Assembly (NCBI GenBank): GCA_028821715.1
Contig: JAPKFF010000001.1
Location: forward strand, 1 to 51,341
DNA length: 51,341 nucleotides
Source of the DNA: Dehalococcoidia bacterium
GTDB taxonomy: Bacteria > Chloroflexota > Dehalococcoidia > Lucifugimonadales > Lucifugimonadaceae
Direction of reading: 5' to 3'
Shown here: positions 41,815 to 51,341 of the stretch, in pieces
Layout: each line of letters opens with the position of its first letter
How positions within the stretch are numbered: position 1 is the stretch's first letter
Position numbers and translations under genes: made by a program
The notes under the pieces: generated by a model
What the model was told of the DNA's origin: nothing
Database searches by the model: none
Seen by the model: only the letters and a program-made list of their open reading frames with translations

Positions 41815-42749
41815 CTAAACCCGAGCGAACTTCTGCAATCGATTGTTTCCACCAACTTCAGCGATGTATATCGACTCTTCACTATCGATATACACGCCGT
41901 GTGGTGAGTGCGTGAAGTGACCAGCGCCCTCGCCCTTCTCACCCCAGCGAACCAGCAGTGTGCCGTCCAACGAACGTAACTCAACACCGGCGTGACCAAC
42001 GATGTGCATCACTCCGTGGCCGTCGATAACCGCATCGTTCGCCCCGGTCACGTCCGACCACTCACGCAAATAGTTTCCTTCCAGATCGAATATCTGACAC
42101 CGATTGTTCGTTCGATCCATCACATATACATTGTCGTCATCGTCAACCAAAACGTGATGCGGCAGGTTGAATTCACCGGGTCCGGTCGCAGGCGTGCCAG
42201 TAACTTCCTCACCGAGCCACCCTTGGAGAAACACCGGATCACCCGATCCGAACGACAGAATGTATTCCCCGTCAGAGCTATAACGATGCACTCTATTTTG
42301 ACCGTAACCGTCAGAAACGAAAATATCGCCAGAGAGTGATTGCGTTGCACGCGTGCACATGTTGAACGGCTCGCCCGGTGCGCCACGTTCTCCCTTAGCG
42401 CCAATAGTCATCAACACTTCACCGGTTGGTGAGTACTTAGTAACCGGGTGGGAACCACAATCGGGTGAAAAATCTCGTCGTCGCTATTGATCCACAGACC
42501 GTGTGGCGAAGAAAACTCGTCAGTGAGTCGGGTATCGAGCAACGCCCCGCCTCAATCGAACACAAGCATGTGACCTGTTGCCGGAGTGATGTTGTTGAAC
42601 GTTCCATTGGCCTTAGGATCGCGAACGACCGTATAAATACGCCCATTAGAATCACCCGCCACGTCGGCGGCCACTCCATTGACGGCCACCTGTGGCCAGT
42701 TCTCAACCAGCTCGTATCGATAATCACCAGCACCCCATTGTCGTGCCAT
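41815..42749 (-). pseudogene. NHL-repeat (PAL-like) beta-propeller protein with a nonsense codon and a frameshift
   Basis: MARQWG..YELVENW..MLVFD*(TGA 42552-54)GGALLD..SPHGLWINSDDEIFH, then a frameshift near 42465, then DCGSHPVTKYSPTGEVLMTIG..SDGYGQNRVH..FNLPH..DRTNNRCQIFD. Confidence 0.85.
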
Positions 42750-42789
42750 ATCGGCAATTCCTTTTTACTAAGCGCAAACGCTCACTTGA

Positions 42790-43941
42790 TTACGGATGCA
42801 AAATCACCTTTGTGTAGCCGTCTACTCGCTGGTCGAATTTTTTGTAGGCATCAGGCGCTTCGTCTAGCGACACTTCGTGCGATACGACGAAGCTCGGTAG
42901 CGCCTTGCCAGAGATGATCAGATCTCGCAAGTTGGCGTTGTATTGCTTTACGTTGCATTGTCCAGTACCCAGACGAATACCTTTCTCGAAAAGCTGCCCA
43001 AAGTTGATCGACAGTACACCCTTCTTAGAGCGCTCATCTACTCCTCCAGGGTCGGAAGGTACGTACAAACCAGGAATTCCTAACGCACCGGTCGGAGCAA
43101 CCACGTCGATTAGCTGATTGAGAACGATGTTCGGTACTTCGTCCTGCTCTCCCCCAACGGCTGACGAACCGGCCGCTGTTGCCTGATAACCCACGGCGTC
43201 GATTCCCTTGTCGACGCCCTCTCCACCCAAGTGCACCTTGATCTGCTCGACCGGATTTGCCACGTCGTAGTTGATCGGAATCGCACCGATTTCAGCAGCC
43301 TTGTCGAGTCGTTCTTGAACGTGGTCGACCGCGAATACCTGCGATGCGCCTCGTAAAATAGCGCTATATGAAGCCATGAGTCCGACCGGACCACACCCGA
43401 ACACCGCAACACTTTCGCCCGGTTTCACCCCTGCAAGTTCCGTGCCGTGATAACCGGTCGGGAAGATATCAGCGAGCAACGCGAAATCGGCTTCATGGTC
43501 GGTGCCCTCAGGCAGCACAAGACAATTGAAATCGGCAAATGGAACCTGCATTAGTTCGGCCTGACCTCCGACCCACGGTCCCATCGAAACGTATCCGTAG
43601 GCACCACCGGCGAACCCGGGATTCACTGTCGTGCAGTATCCGGTGTATCCGCCGAGACAGTTCTTGCAGAATCCGCACGCTACATTGAACGGCATCACCA
43701 CTCGGTCGCCGACCTTGCGAGTTTTAACAGCTGGTCCAACTTCTACGATCACGCCCATGTTCTCGTGACCAAACACGATCCCGGGCTGTGCCGCCGTACG
43801 ACCTTCGTACATGTGCAAATCGGATCCGCAAATGCAGGATGACGTGATTTGCACGATTGCGTCGTTGGGGTGAAGGATCTGCGGATCTGGAACCGTCTCC
43901 ACAGCAACCTTGAACGGCTCTTTGTATACAACGGCTTTCAT
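42790..43941 (-). CDS. fdhA: Glutathione-independent formaldehyde dehydrogenase (Zn-MDR)
   Basis: CICGSDLHMY, GHE, CGFCKNC..C, GGQAE..VPFADFN, LADIFPTG, GLYVPSDPG; AGGAG RBS before ATG 43941. Confidence 0.9.
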   Translation of the reverse strand: MKAVVYKEPFKVAVETVPDPQILHPNDAIVQITSSCICGSDLHMYEGRTAAQPGIVFGHENMGVIVEVGPAVKTRKVGDRVVMPFNVACGFCKNCLGGYTGYCTTVNPGFAGGAYGYVSMGPWVGGQAELMQVPFADFNCLVLPEGTDHEADFALLADIFPTGYHGTELAGVKPGESVAVFGCGPVGLMASYSAILRGASQVFAVDHVQERLDKAAEIGAIPINYDVANPVEQIKVHLGGEGVDKGIDAVGYQATAAGSSAVGGEQDEVPNIVLNQLIDVVAPTGALGIPGLYVPSDPGGVDERSKKGVLSINFGQLFEKGIRLGTGQCNVKQYNANLRDLIISGKALPSFVVSHEVSLDEAPDAYKKFDQRVDGYTKVILHP

Positions 43942-44168
43942 CACAACATCTCCTGCTGATTGTCAGAACTGGCTTACTTGTTCAACACACTATGGTTCGG
44001 TTTTTGCAGTTTGTCTAGAGAGAAAGGTGCCGGTGGCACGTTTTCAGAGATTGGAATGTTTGACGAGAACTCGTGTGTGGCAGCCGTAAGGTCATCTCCG
44101 TCTGGGAGGAGGAACGCCGGGGCTGGGATGCCTGGATCGCATATCGATGCCAACAAACGATTTACATG

Positions 44169-44207
44169 CCCCCTCAACCTAGCCTTCTCCCGCGTGGAGA
44201 AAGAACT
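44169..44207 (+). repeat. Degenerate REP-like palindromic element (CCCCTCACCCTAGCCCTCTCCC...GGGAGAGGG type)
   Basis: CCCCCTCAACCTAGCCTTCTCCCGCGTGGAGAAAGAACT with a TTCTCC/GGAGAA stem; single copy in the window. Confidence 0.4.
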
Positions 44208-44233
44208 AAAAGTGAGAACCCTCGGCAAACGTC

Positions 44234-45199
44234 CTAAACCAAACCCTCAGCCCAATCGCCACCTAGAACCGTCTCGAACATCTCGGCCGATTCGTCGTTC
44301 CACCCGAAGCGATTTACGAGATTCAAGCGGTAGATCAACTCCAACGCGCTGAGTCGAGCCGATAGTGCGTCATCGCTCAAATTGCCCTGACATAGTTCCG
44401 CGAACGGCTTCATTAGCTCGATATCGAGCGGATCGCCGTAGGTCTCTTCTAGCTGCTCGGGAACAAAATTCCACGGGTATCGCCAGAACCGAAGCAACAT
44501 ATCGAGTTCGTAGTCGGCAGGTGCCAATGCCATTCGATCGAAATCGAGAATTCCCGACAGACTACCGTTGCTGCCGACCAAAATGTTGCCAAACCACAGA
44601 TCACCGTGACACAGCACCCGAGGTCGATCGGTCAGTGCTTCTGCCCACTGCGCAAATGCAGCCTGCGAAGTTGTAAGCACTCGGCCCGGCACTACGTTAT
44701 CGACTGCACGAAGCGCCCGATTGAAAGACTTCCTTATGTGCGCCGCCCAGTCCTGAGTTTCAGCATGCAACATACCTTCGTCTGGCTGAAACTGTTGAAT
44801 ATGGCCCAAAGCAGTCACCAGTTGACCGGTCAAATTTCTTCGAGCTTCCTGATCCAATCCCGGCCAAACGTTGTAACCACTCGAACCTTCGAGTCGATTC
44901 AGAATCACCCAGGCCCTGCCCTCTAACGCACCCGTTTCAAGCACATGAGGAGTAGCGACTCCCGGTATCTCCATCTGAGTCGCAGCGAGCTCGTGGCTAA
45001 AACGCTCAGTGCGTCCAACTTCGGGGTCGATCTTAATGACGGTTTCGTTACCGATGAACACCCATGTGCCGTACCCAAACCCGTAGTCGACGTTGCTGCC
45101 AAGCTTGTTCGCAGCCCATTCACGAACGCGACCCAGTGCCGCGTGGTCGTCTTTCTCGTAATTTCGAACCCAGGGGTTAATAAGCATTGCTAGTGACAA
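44234..45199 (-). CDS. Aminoglycoside phosphotransferase/choline kinase-like protein
   Basis: VIKI, CHGDLWFGNILV, ILDFD. Confidence 0.85.
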   Translation of the reverse strand: MSLAMLINPWVRNYEKDDHAALGRVREWAANKLGSNVDYGFGYGTWVFIGNETVIKIDPEVGRTERFSHELAATQMEIPGVATPHVLETGALEGRAWVILNRLEGSSGYNVWPGLDQEARRNLTGQLVTALGHIQQFQPDEGMLHAETQDWAAHIRKSFNRALRAVDNVVPGRVLTTSQAAFAQWAEALTDRPRVLCHGDLWFGNILVGSNGSLSGILDFDRMALAPADYELDMLLRFWRYPWNFVPEQLEETYGDPLDIELMKPFAELCQGNLSDDALSARLSALELIYRLNLVNRFGWNDESAEMFETVLGGDWAEGLV

Positions 45200-45205
45200 G
45201 TGTAG

Positions 45206-45481
45206 TCATGCATCGTCGAGCGTGCGGCTAACGTCTGGTGTGCTTGAGCACCCGTTAGTCGAAGCACCGGCCCTTTATTCGGGAATTGTCGAGCGTGGAT
45301 AATCGATATGGAACTTCTCCGACGCTTTGTCGTACGAAGCCTCAAGTCCACACTTGCCAGGTCGCTCGGCGACTACGCTTTAGCATTGCTTCACAGCGTT
45401 AGTGATGTCCTTCGTATTGCCAGAAAGCATCACTGCTTCTAAATCACAGCAACTCGATCCGCAGAACCCGTTATCGGTAAT
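45206..45481 (-). pseudogene. Decayed duplicate of the arsM 5' region
   Basis: FCGSSCCD..ITNAVKQC*..KASEKFH..RSTIPE*RAGAS aligns by eye with Ars[41 protein letters not shown] stops at 45380-82 and 45275-77. Confidence 0.7.
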
Positions 45482-45594
45482 CTAACTACTGTAATCGGGC
45501 GATAAAAAAACGAACTTACGGGCTTCAGCCAACGGCTAATCTCCAGCTTTGCGGAAACAATTATCACCAATCCTACTTGAATGCGCTATCCGAA

Positions 45595-46446
45595 CTACGA
45601 ATTCGGCTTGGACGCCCGCAAAGTCAAATTGATCAAACTCTGTTCCCAACCGATGGAGTCGGGGCAATTTCGCTCTTCTTTAACAATCTCAATCGCTGAA
45701 AAACCTGATGACTCCACAAGTTCCAGATACTCACTAATTACCGCTGCACCGCCAACACAAGCGACCCATTCTACAGCCGACTTCTGCACATCATCAGGCA
45801 ATGCCTCAGAAGTAACCATGTCGGAAATAACAAAGCGACCACCAGGCTTCAGAATTCGGTAAATCTCCGAGAACACACGGTCTTTTTGCTCAGACAGTGC
45901 GATCACACAGTTGGAAATAACGAGATCGACAGTGTTGTCGGCCTGCGGGATCGATTCGATATGCCCTAGCTTGAACACGACGTTCTCGGTGCCAAGATTC
46001 TCAGCGTTCTTCTGAGCAAGCTCCAACATCCGTGGTGTCACATCGATACCAATCACATAGCCATCTGGACCGACTTCGTTGGCGGCGAGGAAGCAATCTA
46101 CACCACCCCCTGAACCTAGATCAAGAACAGTCTCGCCAAGCTGGGCATCCGCGATTCTTACCGGATTTCCGCAACCGGCAGAAGCGCCTGCTACTTCGTC
46201 CGGCAGCGAATCTCGCTGATCCTCTGAGTAAAACTTGTCAGTAGCCTTCACCCTTGTACTGTCGGCTGCACGCTCTGCGGCGTTCGATGCGAGCGATCCG
46301 TACTGGTGCTGAACTGCAGCAGTGATAGTTTCAAGCTTTTCGTGAGTAATTTCCGACGATCCAGCGTCTCCACAGCAATCATCGCCACAGCATGCAGCTT
46401 CTTCGCTGATAGGGGTCAATGTTCCAAAGGGTTTGTTAGTTGTCAT
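45595..46446 (-). CDS. arsM: Arsenite S-adenosylmethionine methyltransferase
   Basis: [47 protein letters not shown]; Cys-rich N-terminus. Confidence 0.9.
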   Translation of the reverse strand: MTTNKPFGTLTPISEEAACCGDDCCGDAGSSEITHEKLETITAAVQHQYGSLASNAAERAADSTRVKATDKFYSEDQRDSLPDEVAGASAGCGNPVRIADAQLGETVLDLGSGGGVDCFLAANEVGPDGYVIGIDVTPRMLELAQKNAENLGTENVVFKLGHIESIPQADNTVDLVISNCVIALSEQKDRVFSEIYRILKPGGRFVISDMVTSEALPDDVQKSAVEWVACVGGAAVISEYLELVESSGFSAIEIVKEERNCPDSIGWEQSLINLTLRASKPNS

Positions 46447-46870
46447 CTAATTGTTCTCCAAAAATGCTGGAATCAATACCCGTTATCGTGCAGCAGACCG
46501 TCTCTACCCCTGCCTGCTTCATCGCAGTTTCAAGCTGCGGCAGTATGTTCGACCATGCCTGAGCCGAAGCTCGGTAAGCCTTCACACCTAGCATTGATAG
46601 CGAATAGTTCTTCCGCTTCCTGCCGTTCACCACAGCCAGTTCCAGCTCTACGTAACCACCAGTCTCTAACTCCTTCAACATCGGGTAGATCATGGCGTCA
46701 GTTGGTCGTGCATCGCAACAAAGTGCGATTCGTGTGGCAATCTCATATCCGTGCATCGGCCCCATGCTCAGTTGCTGCAACATGAAAAACCTCAATAGGC
46801 TTTTTCGATTGAGAGACTGCCAGTAGTCGATACTAACGAGGTCATTTGTCGGCTTTGTTGATGTGGTCAT
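46436..46870 (-). CDS. PadR-family transcriptional regulator with vicinal Cys pairs
   Basis: PMHGYEI, IYPMLKELETGGYV, GRKRKNYSLS..G; CC pairs in ALCC and VCC; overlaps the arsM start. Confidence 0.88.
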   Translation of the reverse strand: MTTSTKPTNDLVSIDYWQSLNRKSLLRFFMLQQLSMGPMHGYEIATRIALCCDARPTDAMIYPMLKELETGGYVELELAVVNGRKRKNYSLSMLGVKAYRASAQAWSNILPQLETAMKQAGVETVCCTITGIDSSIFGEQLDDN

Positions 46871-46910
46871 TTTTCTTCGCAATAACAGCGGATAATTCGC
46901 TTTATGGTCA

Positions 46911-46970
46911 ATACCTAGCTACACGATATATTGGCTTGCTAAGTATGTCACTATACGGTTCTATAACCGT
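46911..46970 (-). promoter_or_regulatory. padR-arsM promoter with inverted repeats (candidate operator)
   Basis: Minus-strand GTGACA-17nt-TATCGT. ATACCTAGC(46911-19)...GCTAAGTAT(46938-46) is an 8/9 inverted repeat. ACGGTT-ctat-AACCGT at 46955-70. Confidence 0.45.
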
Positions 46971-47109
46971 TTCGATCAGACGAACGATCGATATCCGATT
47001 AAACAAGAACCGATGAGACATAGCTGATTGCGTTGTGATGTTGCGCTGGAAGCTATAATCCGCTCACCTACCAATTCCATCGATTCTCCTGGGCTAATAT
47101 CAGCTTCAC

Positions 47110-50004
47110 ATGACCACTTCTAAGGCTAAATCTGACGACAAACTGTTCCTCATAATCGACGGACACGCGATCGTGTACCGGGCGTGGTTCGCCATGCGCG
47201 ATCACTTGATTACTGCGTCGGGGCAAAACACAACCGGCGCTAGCGGGTTCATGTCGATGTTGCTGAGGGTAATTCGTGATCATAATCCAACTCACATCGC
47301 TGTGACTTTTGACACGAAAGCATCGACGTTCCGCAAGGAAATGTTCCCGGCGTACAAGGCACAGCGCCAAGAAGTTGACCCCGCCCTTCATGAGCAAATC
47401 CCTATTCTCAAAGAGATTCTCGAACCGATGGGCGTACCGGTTTACGAATACGACGGATTTGAAGCAGACGATCTGATCGGAACGCTATCAAAGCAGGCGT
47501 CTGAGCAGGGAGTCAAAACATTGATTCTCACGGGCGACGCCGACCAATTGCAACTGGTCGATGAGAAGACCTCATTACTGATGTACACGGGTTTCGGCGA
47601 TATGCGGACGTACGACCCAGCGGGCGTTACCGATAAGTACGATGGCTTGGGCCCCGACTATGTCGCCGAGATCAAAGCCCTCGAAGGCGATCCATCCGAC
47701 AACATCCCAGGCGTACCGGGCGTCGGCAAGAAATCCGCTCGCGCAGTGCTCACGAAGCTTGGTCACTTCCCTTCCCTATTTAGCCAGCTCGAAGAAGTTG
47801 AAAAAATCGAAGGTCTACGCGGTGCAAAACGCACCATGAATCTTCTTGAGGAGCATCGCGAAACAGCCGCTACTGCGCTCGTATTAACAACGATCGTTCG
47901 GGATGTACCGGTCGAATTCGACGAAACAAAATCCAAGTTCGGCGACTTCGATCGTGAAGCAGTTATTAAGACGCTAATGAGCTACGAGATGCGTCTCGTA
48001 GCGAATCGACTCCCGAAAGCAGGAGTCGAAAGTTCCACTCCTGCGACCACGGCGTCTGATATCGAAACGGCACCTGGATGGGAGCCAAACAAGGCTCCTT
48101 CGATCGCAGAAAACGGCCAAATCAACATGATGGGCGAGGCTGCTCCGGTCGAAGCGTTGGCAACGCCAGAACCGTCAAAACCGCTCGGCGACTACGAAAT
48201 AGTTACCAACATGGCGGGCCTCAACACGATGATCGATGCCCTGCGAGCAAAAGGCGAATTTGCATTCGACACCGAAACTACTGGCCTCAACTCAATGACG
48301 TCCGATCTCGTCGGACTGTCGTTCTCAATCAAGTCCAAACACGCCTGGTACGTAGCTATGAACCACAACAAAGGCGACCAGGTACCATTTGCTGAAGGAC
48401 TCGCAGCACTACGACCTCTCTTCGAGGATGATTCGATAAAAAAGATCGCCCATAACGCCAACTACGACATTATGGTTCTCGCTACAGCCGGGATTACCCT
48501 CAACAATTTATTTTTCGACACGATGATCGCAGCAGCTTTGTGCGGTCGGCGCGCTATCGGCCTGAAGCCGCTCGCATTTGAATTGTTCCAATCCGAAATG
48601 ACTGAGATCAAGACCCTAATCGGTGTCGGTAAAAAACAGATAACTATGGCAGCGGTACCGATCGAACTAGCAGCTCCATACGCCGCAGCCGACGCCGATT
48701 TCACGTGGCGTTTATACGAGCTTTTCGAACAAGAAATCGACGAGCACGAAGCTCGCTATGTGAACGAAGAAATCGAATTACCGCTGCTTCCTGTGATTAT
48801 CGAAATGCAACGGAACGGCATGATGATCGACAAAGCTGCGCTTGCCGAGATGTCGGAGCAACTCGGAGTGGAGGTCGAACTGATCAAACAGGCTGCAACC
48901 GCCGTCATTGGCGGACGAGAACTGAATCTGGCATCGAATCAGCAAGTGGCAGCTTTGTTGATTGACGAGCTGGGTGCGCCAAAGACTCGAAAAACCAAAA
49001 CTGGCTATTCGATGGACGCTAATGCCCTCGAAAAGATCTCTGAAACCGCTGACCTCGACGATCGGATCTACCAAATCGCCGACGCTGTTCTGAAGTACCG
49101 CGAACTCAGTAAGCTAAAGTCGACATATGTTGATGCCCTGCCGGAACTCGTAAATAAGCATACAGGTCGAGTTCACACCAGCTTCAATCAGGTCGGTTCG
49201 GCGACGGGTCGACTATCGAGCACTGATCCCAACGTGCAGAACATTCCGGTTCGCACTGAGCTCGGACGACGAGTGCGCAAAGCATTTGTCGCCGATTCTG
49301 CACACGGCTGGCAGTACCTCGCCGCCGACTACTCGCAGATCGAACTTCGGATTCTGGCGCACCTGTCGCAGGAACCCGGACTTCTCGAATCGTTCCACAA
49401 AGGCGAAGATATTCATGCTGCTACCGCCCAAGCGATGTATGGAGTTGAAGACGTAAATCCTGACCAACGCCGAATCGCAAAGATTTTGAACTTTGGTGTG
49501 ATCTATGGACTGGGACCAGTCGGCGTGGCGCGTCAAACTGATCTCACACGCATGCAGGGTCAAGAATTTATCGACCTCTACTTCGGCAAGTACCCGGGAA
49601 TTCGTGATTACATTGAGCAGGTGAAGCAATCAGCTCGAGATAGCGGATATGCCCAGACGATCACAGGTCGCCGACGTTACTTGCCCGACATCAATGCGGG
49701 TCATCCGGGACACCGCGCCGCAGCCGAGCGGGTGTCGGTAAACATGCCGATTCAGGGAACGGCTGCCGACGTTATCAAGCTGGCAATGGTCAACATTTCA
49801 AACGAGATGAAGAGTCAGAAGATGCAGTCGAAGATGTCGATTCAGGTTCATGATGAACTGATCTTCGAGATAGCTCCCGGGGAGCTAATGGAAATGCAGA
49901 TGATAGTCACAACGATGATGCCCGCCGCCATGGACCTGACAGTACCACTGCTAGTAGAAGTAAAAACCGGTCCAACTTGGGGCGACATGGATTCAGTGGG
50001 CTAG
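47110..50004 (+). CDS. polA: DNA polymerase I
   Basis: 5'-3' exonuclease (IDGH, EADD, GDPSDNIPGVPGVG), 3'-5' exonuclease (FDTETT), polymerase (ADYSQIELR, AKILNFGVIYG, QVHDEL). Confidence 0.98.
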   Translation: MTTSKAKSDDKLFLIIDGHAIVYRAWFAMRDHLITASGQNTTGASGFMSMLLRVIRDHNPTHIAVTFDTKASTFRKEMFPAYKAQRQEVDPALHEQIPILKEILEPMGVPVYEYDGFEADDLIGTLSKQASEQGVKTLILTGDADQLQLVDEKTSLLMYTGFGDMRTYDPAGVTDKYDGLGPDYVAEIKALEGDPSDNIPGVPGVGKKSARAVLTKLGHFPSLFSQLEEVEKIEGLRGAKRTMNLLEEHRETAATALVLTTIVRDVPVEFDETKSKFGDFDREAVIKTLMSYEMRLVANRLPKAGVESSTPATTASDIETAPGWEPNKAPSIAENGQINMMGEAAPVEALATPEPSKPLGDYEIVTNMAGLNTMIDALRAKGEFAFDTETTGLNSMTSDLVGLSFSIKSKHAWYVAMNHNKGDQVPFAEGLAALRPLFEDDSIKKIAHNANYDIMVLATAGITLNNLFFDTMIAAALCGRRAIGLKPLAFELFQSEMTEIKTLIGVGKKQITMAAVPIELAAPYAAADADFTWRLYELFEQEIDEHEARYVNEEIELPLLPVIIEMQRNGMMIDKAALAEMSEQLGVEVELIKQAATAVIGGRELNLASNQQVAALLIDELGAPKTRKTKTGYSMDANALEKISETADLDDRIYQIADAVLKYRELSKLKSTYVDALPELVNKHTGRVHTSFNQVGSATGRLSSTDPNVQNIPVRTELGRRVRKAFVADSAHGWQYLAADYSQIELRILAHLSQEPGLLESFHKGEDIHAATAQAMYGVEDVNPDQRRIAKILNFGVIYGLGPVGVARQTDLTRMQGQEFIDLYFGKYPGIRDYIEQVKQSARDSGYAQTITGRRRYLPDINAGHPGHRAAAERVSVNMPIQGTAADVIKLAMVNISNEMKSQKMQSKMSIQVHDELIFEIAPGELMEMQMIVTTMMPAAMDLTVPLLVEVKTGPTWGDMDSVG

Positions 50005-50025
50005 ACCTCTCAATCGGAAGTCACT

Positions 50026-50847
50026 ATGCCCGAACTACCTGAAGTTGAATCGTTGCGCCGATACCTCGTTCGAGAAGGTATCGGCGGAAAAACGTTCATA
50101 AAAGTCGAGCTTGAAGACAAGCCTGAAAGCGCGCACGGCACGGGAACAATCGCTGGATCAAAGCAAGCGATCGATCAAACGGTAACCAGCATCGAACGAC
50201 GTGGTAAGCATCTTGCGATGGTGCTCGATAATTCGGTATTAAGCCTCCATATGGGCATGACCGGTCAAGTACACGTACTCGATCCTGATGAACCCTCACC
50301 CAGATTCACCAGAGCACAATTCGATCTCACTGACGATAACGACAATCTGCGAATCGCACTAGTCGATCCACGTCGCTGGGCAAGAATTCAACATTTAGCC
50401 TCTCTCGACCACGCCTTTGCCGGACTCGGACCCGACGCTCTCGATCCCGCATTCACTACCAGTCAGTTCGTCTCACTAATGGCAGGTCGAACGGCTCAAA
50501 TAAAGCCTCTGCTTCTCAATCAAACTGTGATCGCCGGAATTGGCAACATCTACGCTGACGAATCTCTCCACAGAGTCGAAATTTCACCGGCTAGACGAGT
50601 AAGCGAAATATCTGAACCAGAACTAGAAAATTTATTTGAGGCGATTCGAATATCACTCGAACACGCTCTCGGATACATCCTGAGTCACCCTGACGATCGA
50701 GGCCGACCTTACATTGTCAATGCCTACGACGATCGAATGCTGCTGCATCGCAAGCCGGGGTCGTTCTGTCCTCGCTGCGAAATCTCGCTAGTCACGCTGA
50801 AATTCAGTGGTCGAACTGCCTACTTCTGCTCAAACTGCCAAACGTAA
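50026..50847 (+). CDS. mutM: Formamidopyrimidine-DNA glycosylase
   Basis: MPELPEVE, RRGKH, HMGMTG, LGPD, GIGNIYADE, CPRC..CSNCQ. Confidence 0.95.
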   Translation: MPELPEVESLRRYLVREGIGGKTFIKVELEDKPESAHGTGTIAGSKQAIDQTVTSIERRGKHLAMVLDNSVLSLHMGMTGQVHVLDPDEPSPRFTRAQFDLTDDNDNLRIALVDPRRWARIQHLASLDHAFAGLGPDALDPAFTTSQFVSLMAGRTAQIKPLLLNQTVIAGIGNIYADESLHRVEISPARRVSEISEPELENLFEAIRISLEHALGYILSHPDDRGRPYIVNAYDDRMLLHRKPGSFCPRCEISLVTLKFSGRTAYFCSNCQT

Positions 50848-50867
50848 CGGCAGGCAAGCGACTCGAC

Positions 50868-51092
50868 CTAATGAAACCCGACGTCATGGAGATCATCGGT
50901 TTTTCTAGCACGCAGTTGGTCCCGTATCACCTCCCAGCCAAGCATCGCTACACCGAGTAGTTCTAAAACGCATCCGACTGCATATAGCTACGAAGAACTC
51001 TAGGTGGAGAGCTAAACGACAATGCCAACAAGTGCTACAACGATGCCAATGAGCAACGTCACCATTCCAGACATTTCAAGAAGCTGTTTCAT
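50868..51092 (-). pseudogene. Small two-TM membrane protein interrupted by three in-frame TAG codons
   Basis: MKQLLEMSGMVTLLIGIVVALVGIVV*LST*SSS*LYAVGCVLELLGVAMLGWEVIRDQLRARKTDDLHDVGFH*. Confidence 0.45.
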
Positions 51093-51293
51093 GTCCACAC
51101 ACTCAGGCGAGTATTTTTGGCGACGCCCCAGCAGTATTCAGCGCTTTAGTTACAATATTTACCGCCCTAAAACAGCTTTCTAGTTCAGATCACTGAGGAA
51201 TTTGTAGCGTTTCACCGTTTCAGTTGGCAGGTAGTTGCTATTAAACTTACTTACTGTCTGTGCGGTTTCACTCCGAAACCTTGGAACCCCTGC

Positions 51294-51341
51294 GGAGGGG
51301 TGGCAGAGCGGTTGAATGCGCTTGTCTTGAAAACAAGTATG
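51294..51341 (+). tRNA. tRNA-Ser(UGA), truncated by the window end
   Basis: GGAGGGG TG GCAGAGCGGTTGAATGC G CTTGT CT-TGA-AA ACAAG: acceptor 5' strand, D-arm and anticodon arm. Confidence 0.9.

Noticed and set aside
42552-42554. In-frame TGA in the NHL gene as selenocysteine
   Set aside because: Not a redox motif (probably Arg, CGA-to-TGA), and a frameshift follows ~90 nt later, so it is a pseudogene.
44234-45199. APH-like gene as an antibiotic-resistance determinant
   Set aside because: Only generic kinase motifs are present; the substrate cannot be inferred.
51294-51341. tRNA with TGA in the loop as tRNA-Sec
   Set aside because: The anticodon is UGA (reads UCA, Ser); tRNA-Sec has anticodon UCA.

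Overview
Bacterial chromosomal window of roughly balanced GC content, probably Chloroflexota/Dehalococcoidia and SAR202-like. This is inferred from gene style: paralogous enolase-superfamily dehydratases, a sortase, lipoproteins and ctaA/ctaB. The first ~10 kb is a sugar-acid-type catabolic cluster: a beta-propeller hydrolase, two mandelate-racemase-family enolases, a DHDPS-fold protein lacking its catalytic Lys, an SDR, a metallophosphoesterase, an HpcH aldolase and a frameshifted GMC oxidoreductase. The rest is mostly housekeeping (tsaD, ctaA/ctaB, infC-rpmI-rplT, ftsH, trpA-aroH-DAHP synthase, ribF, tyrS, ligA, pth, serS, lysS, rsmD-coaD, polA-mutM, partial tRNA-Ser), plus a detoxification islet (fdhA, APH-like kinase, padR-arsM). 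Best signals: (1) a hidden UGA-recoded (UxxC) peroxiredoxin-like lipoprotein with a SECIS-like hairpin, directly followed by a paralogous lipoprotein with Asp in place of the catalytic Cys; (2) an unexplained ~255-nt multi-helix element after tyrS; (3) an aromatic-rich uORF plus long hairpin upstream of DAHP synthase; (4) a Cys-pair PadR regulator coupled to arsM, followed by a decayed arsM duplicate; (5) repeated pseudogenisation of accessory genes while core genes stay intact. All calls come from reading the sequence by eye; no searches or folding programs were run.
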